A DNA stretch of 64,000 bases, from positions 8,290 through 72,289 of the forward strand of contig CAZUKY010000003.1 in the NCBI GenBank assembly GCA_964621085.1. The letters are read 5' to 3'. The notes beneath the pieces are model-generated. The model saw only the letters and a list, made by a program, of their open reading frames with translations. It searched no databases and had not been told where the DNA came from. This document shows, piece after piece, positions 1 to 10,039 of this stretch (its first letter is position 1; every line of letters begins with the position of its first letter). The DNA comes from an uncultured Gammaproteobacteria bacterium. GTDB taxonomy: Bacteria; Patescibacteriota; Patescibacteriia; JACQRZ01. The position numbers and the translations under genes were made by a program.

Positions 1-156
1 GATATTTTTTCCGCGGCGCGCATGCCATTCAATCCCGAGATTGGATTTGCGGCGGTCGCCATATACTACGCGGTCCTGATCTGGATTGCCGTGCGTTTTA
101 CCCCGCATCCTGCCGATTCCACCACGGTTTCGGCAGAGGTTTTACATGTGTATAGG
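1..156 (+). CDS. 3' end of an upstream gene (partial; hydrophobic C-terminal segment)
   Basis: Frame 1 is open from the window edge to TGA at 154-156 and encodes ...MPFNPEIGFAAVAIYYAVLIWIAVRF... No homology is recognisable. Confidence 0.25.
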
Positions 157-219
157 TGAACTTGCGTTTCGGGCTGAGGTTGATATACTGGGAAAACTTT
201 AAAATAAGCCAAAAAGCCT

Positions 220-786
220 ATGGATCGCTATTGGATTCCAATCGGTGCCGCGCTGGTCATCGTACTGGCGGTGCTTGCTCTGCGCTTCGGAACAGGCAAT
301 CAGTCCCCAGCCCCGGAGCCGAAAAACGGCCAGGAGACCGTTCAGGAAGGAGAGCGGAAAGAAGAGGGATCGCAGGACGGCGAGACCTCCGAAAAGCCGT
401 CTGAAGGAGAGCAGAAAGAGGAGCGCGCAACCGCGGAAAACGACTCGATCGTTCTCTTCGAGCCTGCGCCGAATACGCTGGTACCCTCGCCGTTTGTGGT
501 GCGCGGCAAGGCGCGTAACATCCCGAACAACGAACTGCGCGTCCGCGTTGTCGGAAAGGATGGCACGGTATTCATCGACCAGAAGGCGAAGGTCGGCGGG
601 GATGACAAAGATGCATTCGGCGAGTTTCGGATCGGGAATATGTGGTACACCTTCACTCACGGGGAAGAAAAGAATCTTGAGATCTTCGGCGTCGATGCGG
701 AAGGCAAAGAGGTCGCAAAGCTTGTCGTGCCGCTTCGCTTTCAGCTGACCGGCAGCGAGGGCGAGAAGAAGGATACGGTAGAGTAG
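220..786 (+). CDS. membrane-anchored protein with putative Gmad2-type Ig-like domain
   Basis: N-terminal TM helix (IPIGAALVIVLAVLAL), then an acidic K/E-rich linker. The C-terminal about 100 aa (PAPNTLVPSPFVVRGKARN..ELRVRVVGKDGTVF..FGEF) loosely fits the Gmad2 immunoglobulin-like pattern. The minus-strand ORF 199-828 is taken as a shadow ORF. Confidence 0.55.
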   Translation: MDRYWIPIGAALVIVLAVLALRFGTGNQSPAPEPKNGQETVQEGERKEEGSQDGETSEKPSEGEQKEERATAENDSIVLFEPAPNTLVPSPFVVRGKARNIPNNELRVRVVGKDGTVFIDQKAKVGGDDKDAFGEFRIGNMWYTFTHGEEKNLEIFGVDAEGKEVAKLVVPLRFQLTGSEGEKKDTVE

Positions 787-863
787 CTCTGAATCATCGG
801 GAGCGCGCATCAGCATGATATACTTCATGCAAAGATGCGCGCTTTTATATTGAATCTAAAAAC

Positions 864-1727
864 ATGCAGCAGTCGAAAATGCTGGGATTCGACGTGCGGA
901 TCGTTCAGGGAGCCGCACTTTTTGCTGCTGGATTTGCCGTGTGGGCCTGGTTGCCGCTGGTGTGGGGGCAGGGAATCGAGGATGCGATCTATTTTTTGAA
1001 AGTGGGGCAAGGGGACAGTCAGCTCATTTCCCTTGATCGCGGTCGCGCAGTACCGCCACTGACTATTCTTATCGACGGCGGCCGCGATAGGCGCGTCATC
1101 GATGCGCTGGCGGATAGCATGCCGGGACGCATGCCGCGACGTATCGACCTCGTGATACTGACACATCCGGACACTGACCACTTCGGCGGCCTTATCGATA
1201 TCGTGCGGCGCTTCGAGGTGGGATTGTTCGTCTCGAACGGCCAGACGTCGGAGCAGGAGACATTTGCGGAGCTGGAAAAGGCCCTTCGCGAGCGCAGCGT
1301 GCCGACGCTCGCGCTCGCACAAGGGGATCGGATCCGATTCGGCGCGGCGCACCTGTCGATTCTCTCGCCGGATGACGCTCTTCGCGCGAGTAAGACGAAA
1401 AACGAAGCGAGCATCGTCGCACTTTTTGAAAAAGGGGAGTCGCGAGTTCTCCTGACCGGCGACATCGGCTTTGCGGCAGAAGAAGCGCTTTTGAAGAAAA
1501 ATCCCGATCTGCGCACCGACGTCCTGAAGGTCGCCCATCACGGCTCGAAGAACTCGACCGGCGAGCAGTTTGCCGCCGCCGTGCAACCCGCACTCAGCGT
1601 GATCGGCGTCGGTCAAAACCGCTACGGCCATCCGGATCCTCGCGTTCTCGAAACGCTCGACTTGGCAGGATCGCGGATTCACCGCACGGATACGGACGGC
1701 ACGCTCAAGATTCTCCTTGATAAGTAA
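864..1727 (+). CDS. ComEC/Rec2-family metallo-beta-lactamase-fold protein (ComEC C-terminal domain only)
   Basis: N-terminal TM segment, then the MBL signature ILTHPDTDHFGG, AHHGSKNS and RYGHPD. This is typical of the ComEC beta-lactamase domain. No competence-channel domain is present in this ORF. Confidence 0.75.
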   Translation: MQQSKMLGFDVRIVQGAALFAAGFAVWAWLPLVWGQGIEDAIYFLKVGQGDSQLISLDRGRAVPPLTILIDGGRDRRVIDALADSMPGRMPRRIDLVILTHPDTDHFGGLIDIVRRFEVGLFVSNGQTSEQETFAELEKALRERSVPTLALAQGDRIRFGAAHLSILSPDDALRASKTKNEASIVALFEKGESRVLLTGDIGFAAEEALLKKNPDLRTDVLKVAHHGSKNSTGEQFAAAVQPALSVIGVGQNRYGHPDPRVLETLDLAGSRIHRTDTDGTLKILLDK

Positions 1728-2706
1728 TCATCTTCATGTGAAGCGTCTGCCGCACATTTTTGCACTCGCACTCCTGATCGCCGGGGTCGGGTTTGCTGTG
1801 CGGGCGGATAGCCGCCTATCCGCAATCGTAACCGGATCGTACCGTGACGCGGGCGTAACGAAGCTTTCGCTTGCAGAGATTAGTGCAAAGAAGTCGGAGT
1901 CCCGCCTTGTTCCCTTCACGGAATGCGCATTCGCCGTCGGACCGGAAGTCTCTGCGCGCCATGCGCCTGTCGTTATCAACGAGATCGCCTGGATGGGCGC
2001 GCCCAGTGGCGCGACCCATGAGTGGATCGAGTTGAAAAATATTTCGGGGGAACCCGTACGCATGGCCGGCTGGCAGCTTGTCAACGAGAACGAGCGGTTG
2101 CGCGTGGTCTTTCCGCAGCAGTTCGTCTTCGAAAAGGATCTGCTTGTGAGTGCGCGAAGCGCGGCGAATGACGCATTAGGTTTGAACGCCGCTCCATTGT
2201 TCACCGGCGCGCTCCGCAATGCCGGAGAAGGTCTCCGTTTATTCGATCACACGTGTGCACTGATCGACGAGGTGCCCACTGCGCTACATTGGCCTGCCGG
2301 GGACGCGAAGAGTAAGCGTACGATGGAGCGGCTCGACGACTTCTCATGGGCGACCTCTCCATCTGCCGGCGGCACGCCGGGTAAGGAAAACGCCGCCCGC
2401 CCGCCAAAGCCGCGTTCCGCGCCGGCATCGCTGCCTGCCGAGCGCACGAAACCCGATCAGAATTCCGCCGCCCACCGCACCGCTCCATGCGCTGCGGGAC
2501 AGATCAATATCAATTCCGCCGATAAAGCCGCCCTCACGACAATCCGTCACATCGGCACCGCGCGCGCCGAAGCGATCATTGCCGCGCGCCCTTTCACACG
2601 CGTCGAGGACCTCAAGGGAAGGGTAAGCGGCATCGGCGAAAAACGCCTCGCAGACATCATTGCTCAGGGAAAGGCGTGCGCGGAAGAGTCGCCTCAGCCG
2701 CGTTGA
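1717..2706 (+). CDS. comEA: lamin-tail-domain protein fused to ComEA-type helix-hairpin-helix DNA-binding domain
   Basis: Signal/TM at the N-terminus. The LTD-like segment reads VVINEIAWMG..EWIELKN..GWQL. The C-terminal INSADKAALTTIRHIGTARAEAIIAARPFTRVEDLKGRVSGIGEKRLADII is a canonical ComEA HhH motif. Overlaps the comEC-like gene by 11 nt. Confidence 0.8.
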   Translation: MISNHLHVKRLPHIFALALLIAGVGFAVRADSRLSAIVTGSYRDAGVTKLSLAEISAKKSESRLVPFTECAFAVGPEVSARHAPVVINEIAWMGAPSGATHEWIELKNISGEPVRMAGWQLVNENERLRVVFPQQFVFEKDLLVSARSAANDALGLNAAPLFTGALRNAGEGLRLFDHTCALIDEVPTALHWPAGDAKSKRTMERLDDFSWATSPSAGGTPGKENAARPPKPRSAPASLPAERTKPDQNSAAHRTAPCAAGQININSADKAALTTIRHIGTARAEAIIAARPFTRVEDLKGRVSGIGEKRLADIIAQGKACAEESPQPR

Positions 2707-2740
2707 CGCAGGGCTGTCTGACTGATAGGATGAAGCGCAT

Positions 2741-4054
2741 ATGACAAGTATGAATGTAACGATTGTCGGCACCGGCTATGTGGGATTGACGGCCGGGGTG
2801 TGTCTTGCAGAACTGGGCCATTCGGTTGCGAGTTTGGATATTGATACAGAAAAAATCGCGCGATTGCAGAGGGGCGAGTGCGTCATTTACGAAGAAGGCC
2901 TTGAAGAGCTTTTGAAAAAAAATCTCGCGGCTGGCCGTATCCGCTTCACGGCCGATCCCGCAGACGCCATGACAGAAACGCAAGTTGTCATTTTTGCCGT
3001 GCCGACGCCGGAAGGGGAGTACGGCAAGGCGAACCTCTCGTTTTTGTTGGATGCGGCCCAAACGTGCGCGCGTCATCAAAAAGCGTATTGCGTATACGTT
3101 AACAAGTCGACCGCGCCCGTTGGCAGTGTCGCGCGCATGAAAGAGGCGATTGCCGGCGCAAACGGCGGACAGCAGTTTGACGTCGCATCCAACCCGGAGT
3201 TCATGGCCGAAGGCACGGCCGTGAAAAACTTTCTCCAGCCGGATCGCATCGTCATTGGCACGGAAAACGCGACAGCGGAAAACGCGTTGCGCCAGCTCTA
3301 CGCGCCTTTGACACAAAGCGGAACGCCGATTGTCGCCACGACCGTACAAAGCGCCGAGTTGATAAAGTATGCCGCGAACTCGTTCCTCGCACTTAAGATC
3401 TCATTTATGAACGAGATCGCAGACTTTGCCGAGCGCGTCGGTGCGGATATCACTGAAATCGCGCGCGGCATCGGCGCAGATCGGCGCATCGGCCCCAACT
3501 TCCTGCGTGCCGGCATCGGATACGGCGGCAGCTGCTTTGGCAAGGACGTGAAGGCGCTTGCGCAGTCCGGAGAAGAGCGCGGCTTCGAGTTCAAGATCAT
3601 CAAGGCCCTTTCGACGGTTAATGACCTCCGGTACCGCATCATCCTGGACAAGTTGGCAAAGCATCATGCCGACATCTCCGGCACGCGCATTGCCGTACTC
3701 GGCCTTGCGTACAAACCGGAAACCGATGACGTGCGCGACGCTCCGTCGCTGCGTATCATCCACGAGCTACTTGCGCGCAATGCACAAGTGTCTGTATATG
3801 ACCCGGCGGCAATGGATGCGTTCCGAAGAAATTTTTCGCAAGCTTCCGTCATCCATTTTGCCGACTCGGCGCCAGACTGCATCCATGGAGCGGATGCGAT
3901 CCTTCTTCTGACCGAGTGGAACCAATTTAAGGATCTTGATCTGGGCGCGCTGCGCGAAACAGTCCGCAATCCATTAATCATTGACGGCCGCAACCTCTTC
4001 GATCGGACGAGTCTCGAGGCGGCAGGATTTGTGTATGAAGGAGTTGGCCGTTGA
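2741..4054 (+). CDS. ugd: UDP-glucose 6-dehydrogenase
   Basis: Rossmann N-terminus VTIVGTGYVGL, catalytic-Cys motif GYGGSCFGKDV, and the UDP-glucose/GDP-mannose dehydrogenase family layout across 437 aa. Confidence 0.9.
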   Translation: MTSMNVTIVGTGYVGLTAGVCLAELGHSVASLDIDTEKIARLQRGECVIYEEGLEELLKKNLAAGRIRFTADPADAMTETQVVIFAVPTPEGEYGKANLSFLLDAAQTCARHQKAYCVYVNKSTAPVGSVARMKEAIAGANGGQQFDVASNPEFMAEGTAVKNFLQPDRIVIGTENATAENALRQLYAPLTQSGTPIVATTVQSAELIKYAANSFLALKISFMNEIADFAERVGADITEIARGIGADRRIGPNFLRAGIGYGGSCFGKDVKALAQSGEERGFEFKIIKALSTVNDLRYRIILDKLAKHHADISGTRIAVLGLAYKPETDDVRDAPSLRIIHELLARNAQVSVYDPAAMDAFRRNFSQASVIHFADSAPDCIHGADAILLLTEWNQFKDLDLGALRETVRNPLIIDGRNLFDRTSLEAAGFVYEGVGR

Positions 4055-4112
4055 TACGGGCTCTGCCGCGTCGGAGTCTCGCGCGGAGGTCGGGCGATCT
4101 GCAGGTCGCCTC

Positions 4113-5399
4113 ATGAAAAACAGCGCCATCCTGACGATCGGGACGCTGCTGGGCGGCGTTTTCAGTTACCTCTTCCATTTCATCATTTCGCGCAAGCTTT
4201 CGGTCGCCGCATACGGAGAACTTCAAAGTCTGCATGCACTCTTCATGATTCTGACGGTTGGCGCAAGTACGCTCAATTACTTCTTTTTGAAGTTTTTTTC
4301 CGTTTTCGCACAAGCAGGGGATCGTGTTGCTCACCGGGCATTTTTGCGGTGGGTGAATCGGCAGATGCCGCGCGTGCTCGTCGGTGCGTTGTGTATTCTC
4401 GCACTCTTGATCCCGGTTTTCATGCACCTGCTGCGACTTCCTGATGCTTGGGGCCTCGTGTTTCTTATGGCTGCAATCGCCGCCGTTCTTCCGGCGACCG
4501 TGTACACGTCCGCACTGACCGGATGGGAGTATTTTTTCCTTGCCAGCGTATCCGGCGTTGCAACCGCTCTCGCGAAATTGAGTATTGGCGCCGCGCTGGC
4601 GAGCGGTATTCCGACCGCAGCCGCCGCTATGGCATCCTATCCGCTCAGCGCGCTCATCGGGATTGCCATAACCGTCACACTGCATCGGCGCATGTTCGGT
4701 ACTGCAGATACGCGGGAGAGTGACGGCGAGAATTGGAGAGAGAAGTACGTATTCTCGTATGATCTCAAAAAAAATCTCACATATGTCTTTATCTTCTCGT
4801 TTCTCCTCATCGTGCTGAGCAATGCCGACGTGCTGCTCGTGAAGCGGTTTGCGAGCGCCGAGCTTACCGGCTATTACGGGGCGCTCCGCACATTGGGCGC
4901 GCTCGTACTGACGGCCAATATGGCTGTCGTGAGCGCGATTCTACCATCCGCATGCGCAGACGGCCACGCGCGAAAGAGCATCAGTGTCCGCTCCCTTCTT
5001 TTTTGCTATGCGATTATCACAGCAGTGAGCGGCGCCTCAGCGCTCGTCTACGCATTCTTTCCAGAATTCGTTGTCGGGCTGTTGTACGGTTCGCAGTACG
5101 CACGTGTCGCGGGGGACCTCTGGCTCTTCTGTCCACTTGTCTTCTTTCTTTCCCTTCTTACGTTTGAGGCAAACCTTGCGTATGCGCGGCATGACTTCTC
5201 GGTTTCATTTATTCTTGCAGGCACCCTTTTGTTGACGGGAGGAGGAGTCGCGTTCTTCCATGGCAGTATTTCTCAGATTGCACTCACAACGACGGCCGCG
5301 TTGACGATCGGATCTGCTGCAACACTGGTATTGAACATGCGCCATCGCCGTCGCGAACTCGCCGAGCCGTTTGCAGTCGAACCGATTCCGTCCCGTTGA
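4113..5399 (+). CDS. oligosaccharide flippase (Wzx-like, MOP superfamily) polysaccharide biosynthesis protein
   Basis: About 12 predicted TM helices. The N-terminal region (MKNSAILTIGTLLGGVFSYLFHFIISRKL) is typical of polysaccharide biosynthesis/PST-family transporters. Start placed at the ATG at 4113, after the ugd stop; the longer ORF beginning at 3981 overlaps ugd. Confidence 0.75.
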   Translation: MKNSAILTIGTLLGGVFSYLFHFIISRKLSVAAYGELQSLHALFMILTVGASTLNYFFLKFFSVFAQAGDRVAHRAFLRWVNRQMPRVLVGALCILALLIPVFMHLLRLPDAWGLVFLMAAIAAVLPATVYTSALTGWEYFFLASVSGVATALAKLSIGAALASGIPTAAAAMASYPLSALIGIAITVTLHRRMFGTADTRESDGENWREKYVFSYDLKKNLTYVFIFSFLLIVLSNADVLLVKRFASAELTGYYGALRTLGALVLTANMAVVSAILPSACADGHARKSISVRSLLFCYAIITAVSGASALVYAFFPEFVVGLLYGSQYARVAGDLWLFCPLVFFLSLLTFEANLAYARHDFSVSFILAGTLLLTGGGVAFFHGSISQIALTTTAALTIGSAATLVLNMRHRRRELAEPFAVEPIPSR

Positions 5400-5440
5400 C
5401 ATGATCGCCTGAGAAGCGCATGATTGACGGCATATAATAT

Positions 5441-6445
5441 ATGGAAAAACGGCGGATTACAATTATTATTCCTGCATATAACGAAAAGAAGGGCATCGAG
5501 GCTGTTTGGCTGAGCGTTTCCGATGCTATTGCCCCACTCGAGCAACGCTATGCCTTCGAGATTCTTTTTGTCGATGACGGCAGTACGGATGGTACGGCGC
5601 AGGAACTCGAGTCGCTCACGGCGCGCGACGGCCGAGTCGACTTTCTTTCCTTTTCCCGGAATTTTGGAAAAGAGATCGCGACGACCGCGGGCCTCCATGC
5701 CGCAACGGGGGACGCGGCAATTATGCTGGATGCCGATTTGCAGCATCCGCCCGCGCTGATCCCCGAGTTTATCCGCAAATGGGAAGAGGGAGCGGAGATC
5801 GTCATCGGCTTGCGTACGAATGACGCCAGCCAGAGCGTGGTTCGCAAGCTGGGCGCGCGGTTTTTTTATGCCGCAATGGATCGGATAAGTGAAACCAGAC
5901 TTGATCGCGGCGGTACTGACTTCCGACTCTTGTCCCGTCCGGTCATCGACGCATTCAACTCATTTACCGAGCGCAGCAGAATCACGCGCGGTCTCGTCGA
6001 CTGGCTGGGATTCAAGCGGGCCTACGTTCCCTTTGCCGCGCCGGATCGCGCGGGCGAAAAGGGACGGTACGGCTTTCTTCGTCTTACCCACCTGGCACTT
6101 TCGAGCTTTGTGTCTCACAGCCTTTTTCCACTCAAATTCACTGGCTATCTCGGCGTTTTCATTTCAGTCGCATCGGGACTCCTCGGCGTTTTTATTCTCG
6201 TCGAAAAATATATTCTCGGCGATCCGTTGGGTCTTGATTTCTCCGGCCCGGCAATGCTCGCGGTTGTCATCATCTTTCTCGTCGGTATTATTCTTTCCTG
6301 TCTTGGCCTCATTGCCCTCTACATCGCAAACATCCACGCCGAGGTCATGAATCGGCCGCTGTATGTTGTTCGCAAACGCTCGCACCCTGTTCGCACTCCG
6401 GAAAATACGCCCTATGAAAATCCTCTGGTTCACATGGAAAGATAG
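5441..6445 (+). CDS. GT2-family polyprenyl-phosphate glycosyltransferase (GtrB/ArnC/DPM1-like)
   Basis: IIIPAYNE, DDGSTDGT and a DAD..H motif. Two C-terminal TM helices match the GtrB/ArnC architecture. Confidence 0.85.
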   Translation: MEKRRITIIIPAYNEKKGIEAVWLSVSDAIAPLEQRYAFEILFVDDGSTDGTAQELESLTARDGRVDFLSFSRNFGKEIATTAGLHAATGDAAIMLDADLQHPPALIPEFIRKWEEGAEIVIGLRTNDASQSVVRKLGARFFYAAMDRISETRLDRGGTDFRLLSRPVIDAFNSFTERSRITRGLVDWLGFKRAYVPFAAPDRAGEKGRYGFLRLTHLALSSFVSHSLFPLKFTGYLGVFISVASGLLGVFILVEKYILGDPLGLDFSGPAMLAVVIIFLVGIILSCLGLIALYIANIHAEVMNRPLYVVRKRSHPVRTPENTPYENPLVHMER

Positions 6446-7511
6446 AAAGAACCCGCTCGCGGGGGGTGCGGAAGTGGTCAATGAAGAGCTCGCACGCCGG
6501 TTAGCTGCCGACGGACACGAGATTATCTTTCTTGTGGCAGGTTTTCCTGAATGCGCAGAGCAAGAAACAGTGAGCGGCTATCGGGTCATTCGCGTCGGGT
6601 CCCGTTGGAGCGTCTACTGGAACGCATATCGCTATTACAAAAATCATTTGTGCGGATGGGCGGATCTGGTCATCGACGAAATGAACACGATGCCATTTTT
6701 TTGCAAGTTCTACGTGAAGGAGAAAAACATCCTCCTTGTCCACCAACTTTGCCGCGATATATGGTTTTACGAGATGCCGTTTCCGCTCAGTGTTTTGGGC
6801 TACGTAGCGGAATTTTTTTATGTGCGACTCTTGAACGACCGAAGGACGATAACGGTGTCGGAGAGCACAAAGAAAGATCTCGAACGATTCGGATTCCGCA
6901 ACATCCATGTCATTAGCGAGGGGATAGAGCTTGAGCCACTTGCAGATTTGAATGCAGTCCAAAAATACGACCAGCCGACGCTCCTCGCCCTCGGATATCT
7001 CCGCTCGATGAAGCGTACGCATCTGATTCTCGAGGTATTCGAAATAGCTAAATGCATACTGCCGAACCTTCAGCTGATAATCGCGGGAGACTTCGAAAAT
7101 TCATATGGCAGAAACGTGGCAAAAAAAGCAGCCGCATCGCCGTTCCGCGATTCAATCCGAATGCTTGGGAAAATATCAAAGGAAAAGAAAATCGAGCTTC
7201 TGCAAAAAAGCCACCTCCTTGTAGCAACACCCGTGAAAGAAGGCTGGGGTTTGACAGTTACGGAGGCGGCAAGCCAGGGGACACCGGCGGTCGTGTATGA
7301 TGTCGACGGCCTGCGCGACAGTGTGAGAGATGGCGAGACGGGTTTGATATGTAAAAGAAATACGCCGCAGGAAATGGCAGAGAATATAGCTGCATTATTG
7401 AAAAATAAAGAGAAATATGATTTCATGAGAAGAACGGCACTGAAATGGGCAGAAGGGATAACATTTAGAGAAGGATATAAGAATTTTATAAGCAATGTGG
7501 GTGCACTATGA
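6414..7511 (+). CDS. GT4-family (group 1) glycosyltransferase
   Basis: GT-B fold with the C-terminal [35 protein letters not shown] (E-x7-E-type motif). Start chosen at [10 protein letters not shown], overlapping the upstream gene by 32 nt. GC content drops in the last third of this gene. Confidence 0.8.
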   Translation: MKILWFTWKDRKNPLAGGAEVVNEELARRLAADGHEIIFLVAGFPECAEQETVSGYRVIRVGSRWSVYWNAYRYYKNHLCGWADLVIDEMNTMPFFCKFYVKEKNILLVHQLCRDIWFYEMPFPLSVLGYVAEFFYVRLLNDRRTITVSESTKKDLERFGFRNIHVISEGIELEPLADLNAVQKYDQPTLLALGYLRSMKRTHLILEVFEIAKCILPNLQLIIAGDFENSYGRNVAKKAAASPFRDSIRMLGKISKEKKIELLQKSHLLVATPVKEGWGLTVTEAASQGTPAVVYDVDGLRDSVRDGETGLICKRNTPQEMAENIAALLKNKEKYDFMRRTALKWAEGITFREGYKNFISNVGAL

Positions 7512-8458
7512 AGCGTATTCTCGTCACTGGCGGTGCGGGTTTCTTAGGCTCGCATTTGTGTCGAAAATTGCTCCAACAAGGACATGAGGTTCTTTGCGTA
7601 GACAATTTTTTCACCGGGATAAAGTCAAATATAGAGGAGCTTCTTGACAATCATCGTTTCGAACTCCTTCGGCATGATATCACGCTTCCTCTTTTCGTTG
7701 AGGTTGATCAAATATATAACCTCGCCTGCCCCGCATCGCCGATTCATTATCAATTCGATCCGGTGCAAACAACAAAAACGTCCGTTCATGGGGCGATCAA
7801 TATGTTGGGACTCGCAAAACGGATCCATGCTACTATTCTGCAGGCATCTACATCTGAAGTATATGGCGATCCCGAGGTTCATCCTCAAACAGAGTCGTAC
7901 TGGGGTCGAGTGAATCCAATAGGTGTTCGTTCCTGCTACGATGAAGGGAAGCGATGCGCTGAAACCCTTTTCTTTGACTATTGGCGTCAACATTCGGTTG
8001 ATATACGAGTGATCCGGATCTTCAATACATATGGTCCCTACATGCATCCGAATGATGGGCGTGTAGTTTCGAATTTTATTGTTCAAGCGCTCCTCAATAA
8101 GGATATTACTCTTTATGGAGACGGCAGTCAGACGCGAAGTTTCCAGTACGTTGACGATCTAGTGGAAGGCATGATTACAATGATGAATAATACCGAGGGG
8201 TTTGTAGGGCCGGTCAATATTGGCAATCCAAGGGAATTTACAATAAAAGAATTGGCAGAGTTGGTGCTGCAATTGATCCCAGATAGCACTAGTAAGATCG
8301 TCTATTGCGAATTACCGAGCGATGATCCGAAGCAGCGACAGCCTAATATTTCACTTGCAGAAGAAAAGTTGCAGTGGCGGCCAAAGATCTCATTGGAGGA
8401 GGGTCTTAAAAAAACGATCGAGTATTTTCGAAATGTTCGATTGACAAATTTTTTGTAA
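7508..8458 (+). CDS. uxs: UDP-glucuronate decarboxylase (UDP-xylose synthase)
   Basis: Short-chain dehydrogenase/epimerase with [14 protein letters not shown] and a YDEGKR catalytic dyad. End-to-end similarity to UXS/ArnA-decarboxylase-type enzymes. Start overlaps the GT4 stop (ATGA). Confidence 0.88.
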   Translation: MKRILVTGGAGFLGSHLCRKLLQQGHEVLCVDNFFTGIKSNIEELLDNHRFELLRHDITLPLFVEVDQIYNLACPASPIHYQFDPVQTTKTSVHGAINMLGLAKRIHATILQASTSEVYGDPEVHPQTESYWGRVNPIGVRSCYDEGKRCAETLFFDYWRQHSVDIRVIRIFNTYGPYMHPNDGRVVSNFIVQALLNKDITLYGDGSQTRSFQYVDDLVEGMITMMNNTEGFVGPVNIGNPREFTIKELAELVLQLIPDSTSKIVYCELPSDDPKQRQPNISLAEEKLQWRPKISLEEGLKKTIEYFRNVRLTNFL

Positions 8459-8462
8459 GACA

Positions 8463-9257
8463 ATGTCTATGGATCCACTCGTTTCCGTCATTATTCCAAC
8501 GAGGAATTCGGCACGAACAATCGAAAAATGCCTCGCATCGATCCGAAACCAGAGTTATCAAAATATTGAATTAATTGTTGTAGACAACAATAGTGCTGAC
8601 AATACCAAAGAAATTGCTTCAAAGTATACCGATAAGGTTTTCAACCAAGGGCCGGAGCGGAGCGCACAAAGAAATTTTGGAGCAAGCAAAGCAAATGGAG
8701 CATACTTACTTATTCATGATAGCGATATTTATTTTGATGAAGATTCGGTTAAGGAATGCGTACAGCTCATGCAAATAGAAAAATGCCAAGCCCTTATTCT
8801 GCCGGAAAAATCAATTGGCACGGGCTTTTGGACAAAAGTCAAAGCATTTGAGCGGAGTTTTTATATAGGAAATGATTATATTGAGGCAGTAAGATTTTTT
8901 AATCGAGACTTCTTTTTTTCAATAGGAAAATACGACGAAACATTGACTGGTCCCGAAGATTGGGAACTGACTACACGAATAAGAAAGGCGGGTCATAAAG
9001 TTGGCCGAACGAAAAAAATATTGCTTCATGACGAGGGTCAACTGAATTTATTTGGTTCGTCAAAAAAGAAAAAATATTATGCCAAAGATATGTTTGAAAA
9101 GTATGCGCGAATGCATCCAGATTATTTCAAAAAACAAATGAATTTTTTTGTTCGTTTTCCTGTGCGCAAACTATTGATCAAAGGCGCTCGACATCCCATG
9201 TTATGCAGCGCCATGATCTTAATGAAGGGCATGGAATACATGAATGCAAGAAGGTAA
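8463..9257 (+). CDS. GT2-family glycosyltransferase
   Basis: VSVIIPTRNSARTIEKCLASI..ELIVVDNNSADNT and a DSD motif; GT-A fold. Confidence 0.8.
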   Translation: MSMDPLVSVIIPTRNSARTIEKCLASIRNQSYQNIELIVVDNNSADNTKEIASKYTDKVFNQGPERSAQRNFGASKANGAYLLIHDSDIYFDEDSVKECVQLMQIEKCQALILPEKSIGTGFWTKVKAFERSFYIGNDYIEAVRFFNRDFFFSIGKYDETLTGPEDWELTTRIRKAGHKVGRTKKILLHDEGQLNLFGSSKKKKYYAKDMFEKYARMHPDYFKKQMNFFVRFPVRKLLIKGARHPMLCSAMILMKGMEYMNARR

Positions 9258-9261
9258 TAAT

Positions 9262-9984
9262 ATGGATATAGAACAATATTCGGAAATAGCGCCTCAATAT
9301 TATAAAAACGTTGTCCCCTCACTATTAAGGAAATATTTAAAGGGCGTGAAGGGTATTTCGCTCCTTGACTGTGGTTGCGGGGACGGTTCTTTATTATATG
9401 CATTGAAGCGAAATGATTACTTTGAGGGGAATAAAATTTTTGCAATCGATCTCTCCAAAAAGAGAATCGAGCTTGTTCGGAGAATTGATCAAACAATACA
9501 TGCTGCGGTAGACAGCGCAGAATCCATTGAATCGATAGTGGACAATTCAATTGATTTTTTTATCTCTACGCAAGTGATAGAACATGTTGATCAAAAAAAG
9601 ATGCTTGCAAGTATCGACCGTGTGGTAAGGGGGAGAGGAAAAATTTATTTAGCCACAGTATTTAAAAAGTGGTATGGATGGTATTTCTATAAAAATCAAG
9701 AAGGGAAGTGGGTTATAGACCCTACACATGTGCGAGAGTATACGCACGACTCCCAACTATTCAGTGATATTGATTGGGATAAGTTTCGCCTGATCGAAAA
9801 CAGGAAGACACTCCTTTGGTTTCCAGTTATCGATTTTTTTATTAAGAGGACAGTTGTAAAAAATAGACGAATACTTGACACAGCATTCGGCAGATTTCTA
9901 CGAACATTTCAAGTGCCGATTATCGGATATTATAATTGGGAAATTATTCTCGAAAAAAATGAAATCATCAGTACTAAAGTTTAA
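9262..9984 (+). CDS. class I SAM-dependent methyltransferase
   Basis: SAM-binding motif LLDCGCGDGSLL with acidic residues downstream. AT-rich coding sequence. Confidence 0.7.
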   Translation: MDIEQYSEIAPQYYKNVVPSLLRKYLKGVKGISLLDCGCGDGSLLYALKRNDYFEGNKIFAIDLSKKRIELVRRIDQTIHAAVDSAESIESIVDNSIDFFISTQVIEHVDQKKMLASIDRVVRGRGKIYLATVFKKWYGWYFYKNQEGKWVIDPTHVREYTHDSQLFSDIDWDKFRLIENRKTLLWFPVIDFFIKRTVVKNRRILDTAFGRFLRTFQVPIIGYYNWEIILEKNEIISTKV

Positions 9985-10039
9985 TACTACCCTTAGTGGT
10001 TGAATGTAGTCATTTTCATTTCTCACACGCTTTTCATTT

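Noticed and set aside
825-1682. 285-aa minus-strand ORF opposite the ComEC-like gene
   Set aside because: R-rich shadow ORF. The MBL motifs are on the plus strand.
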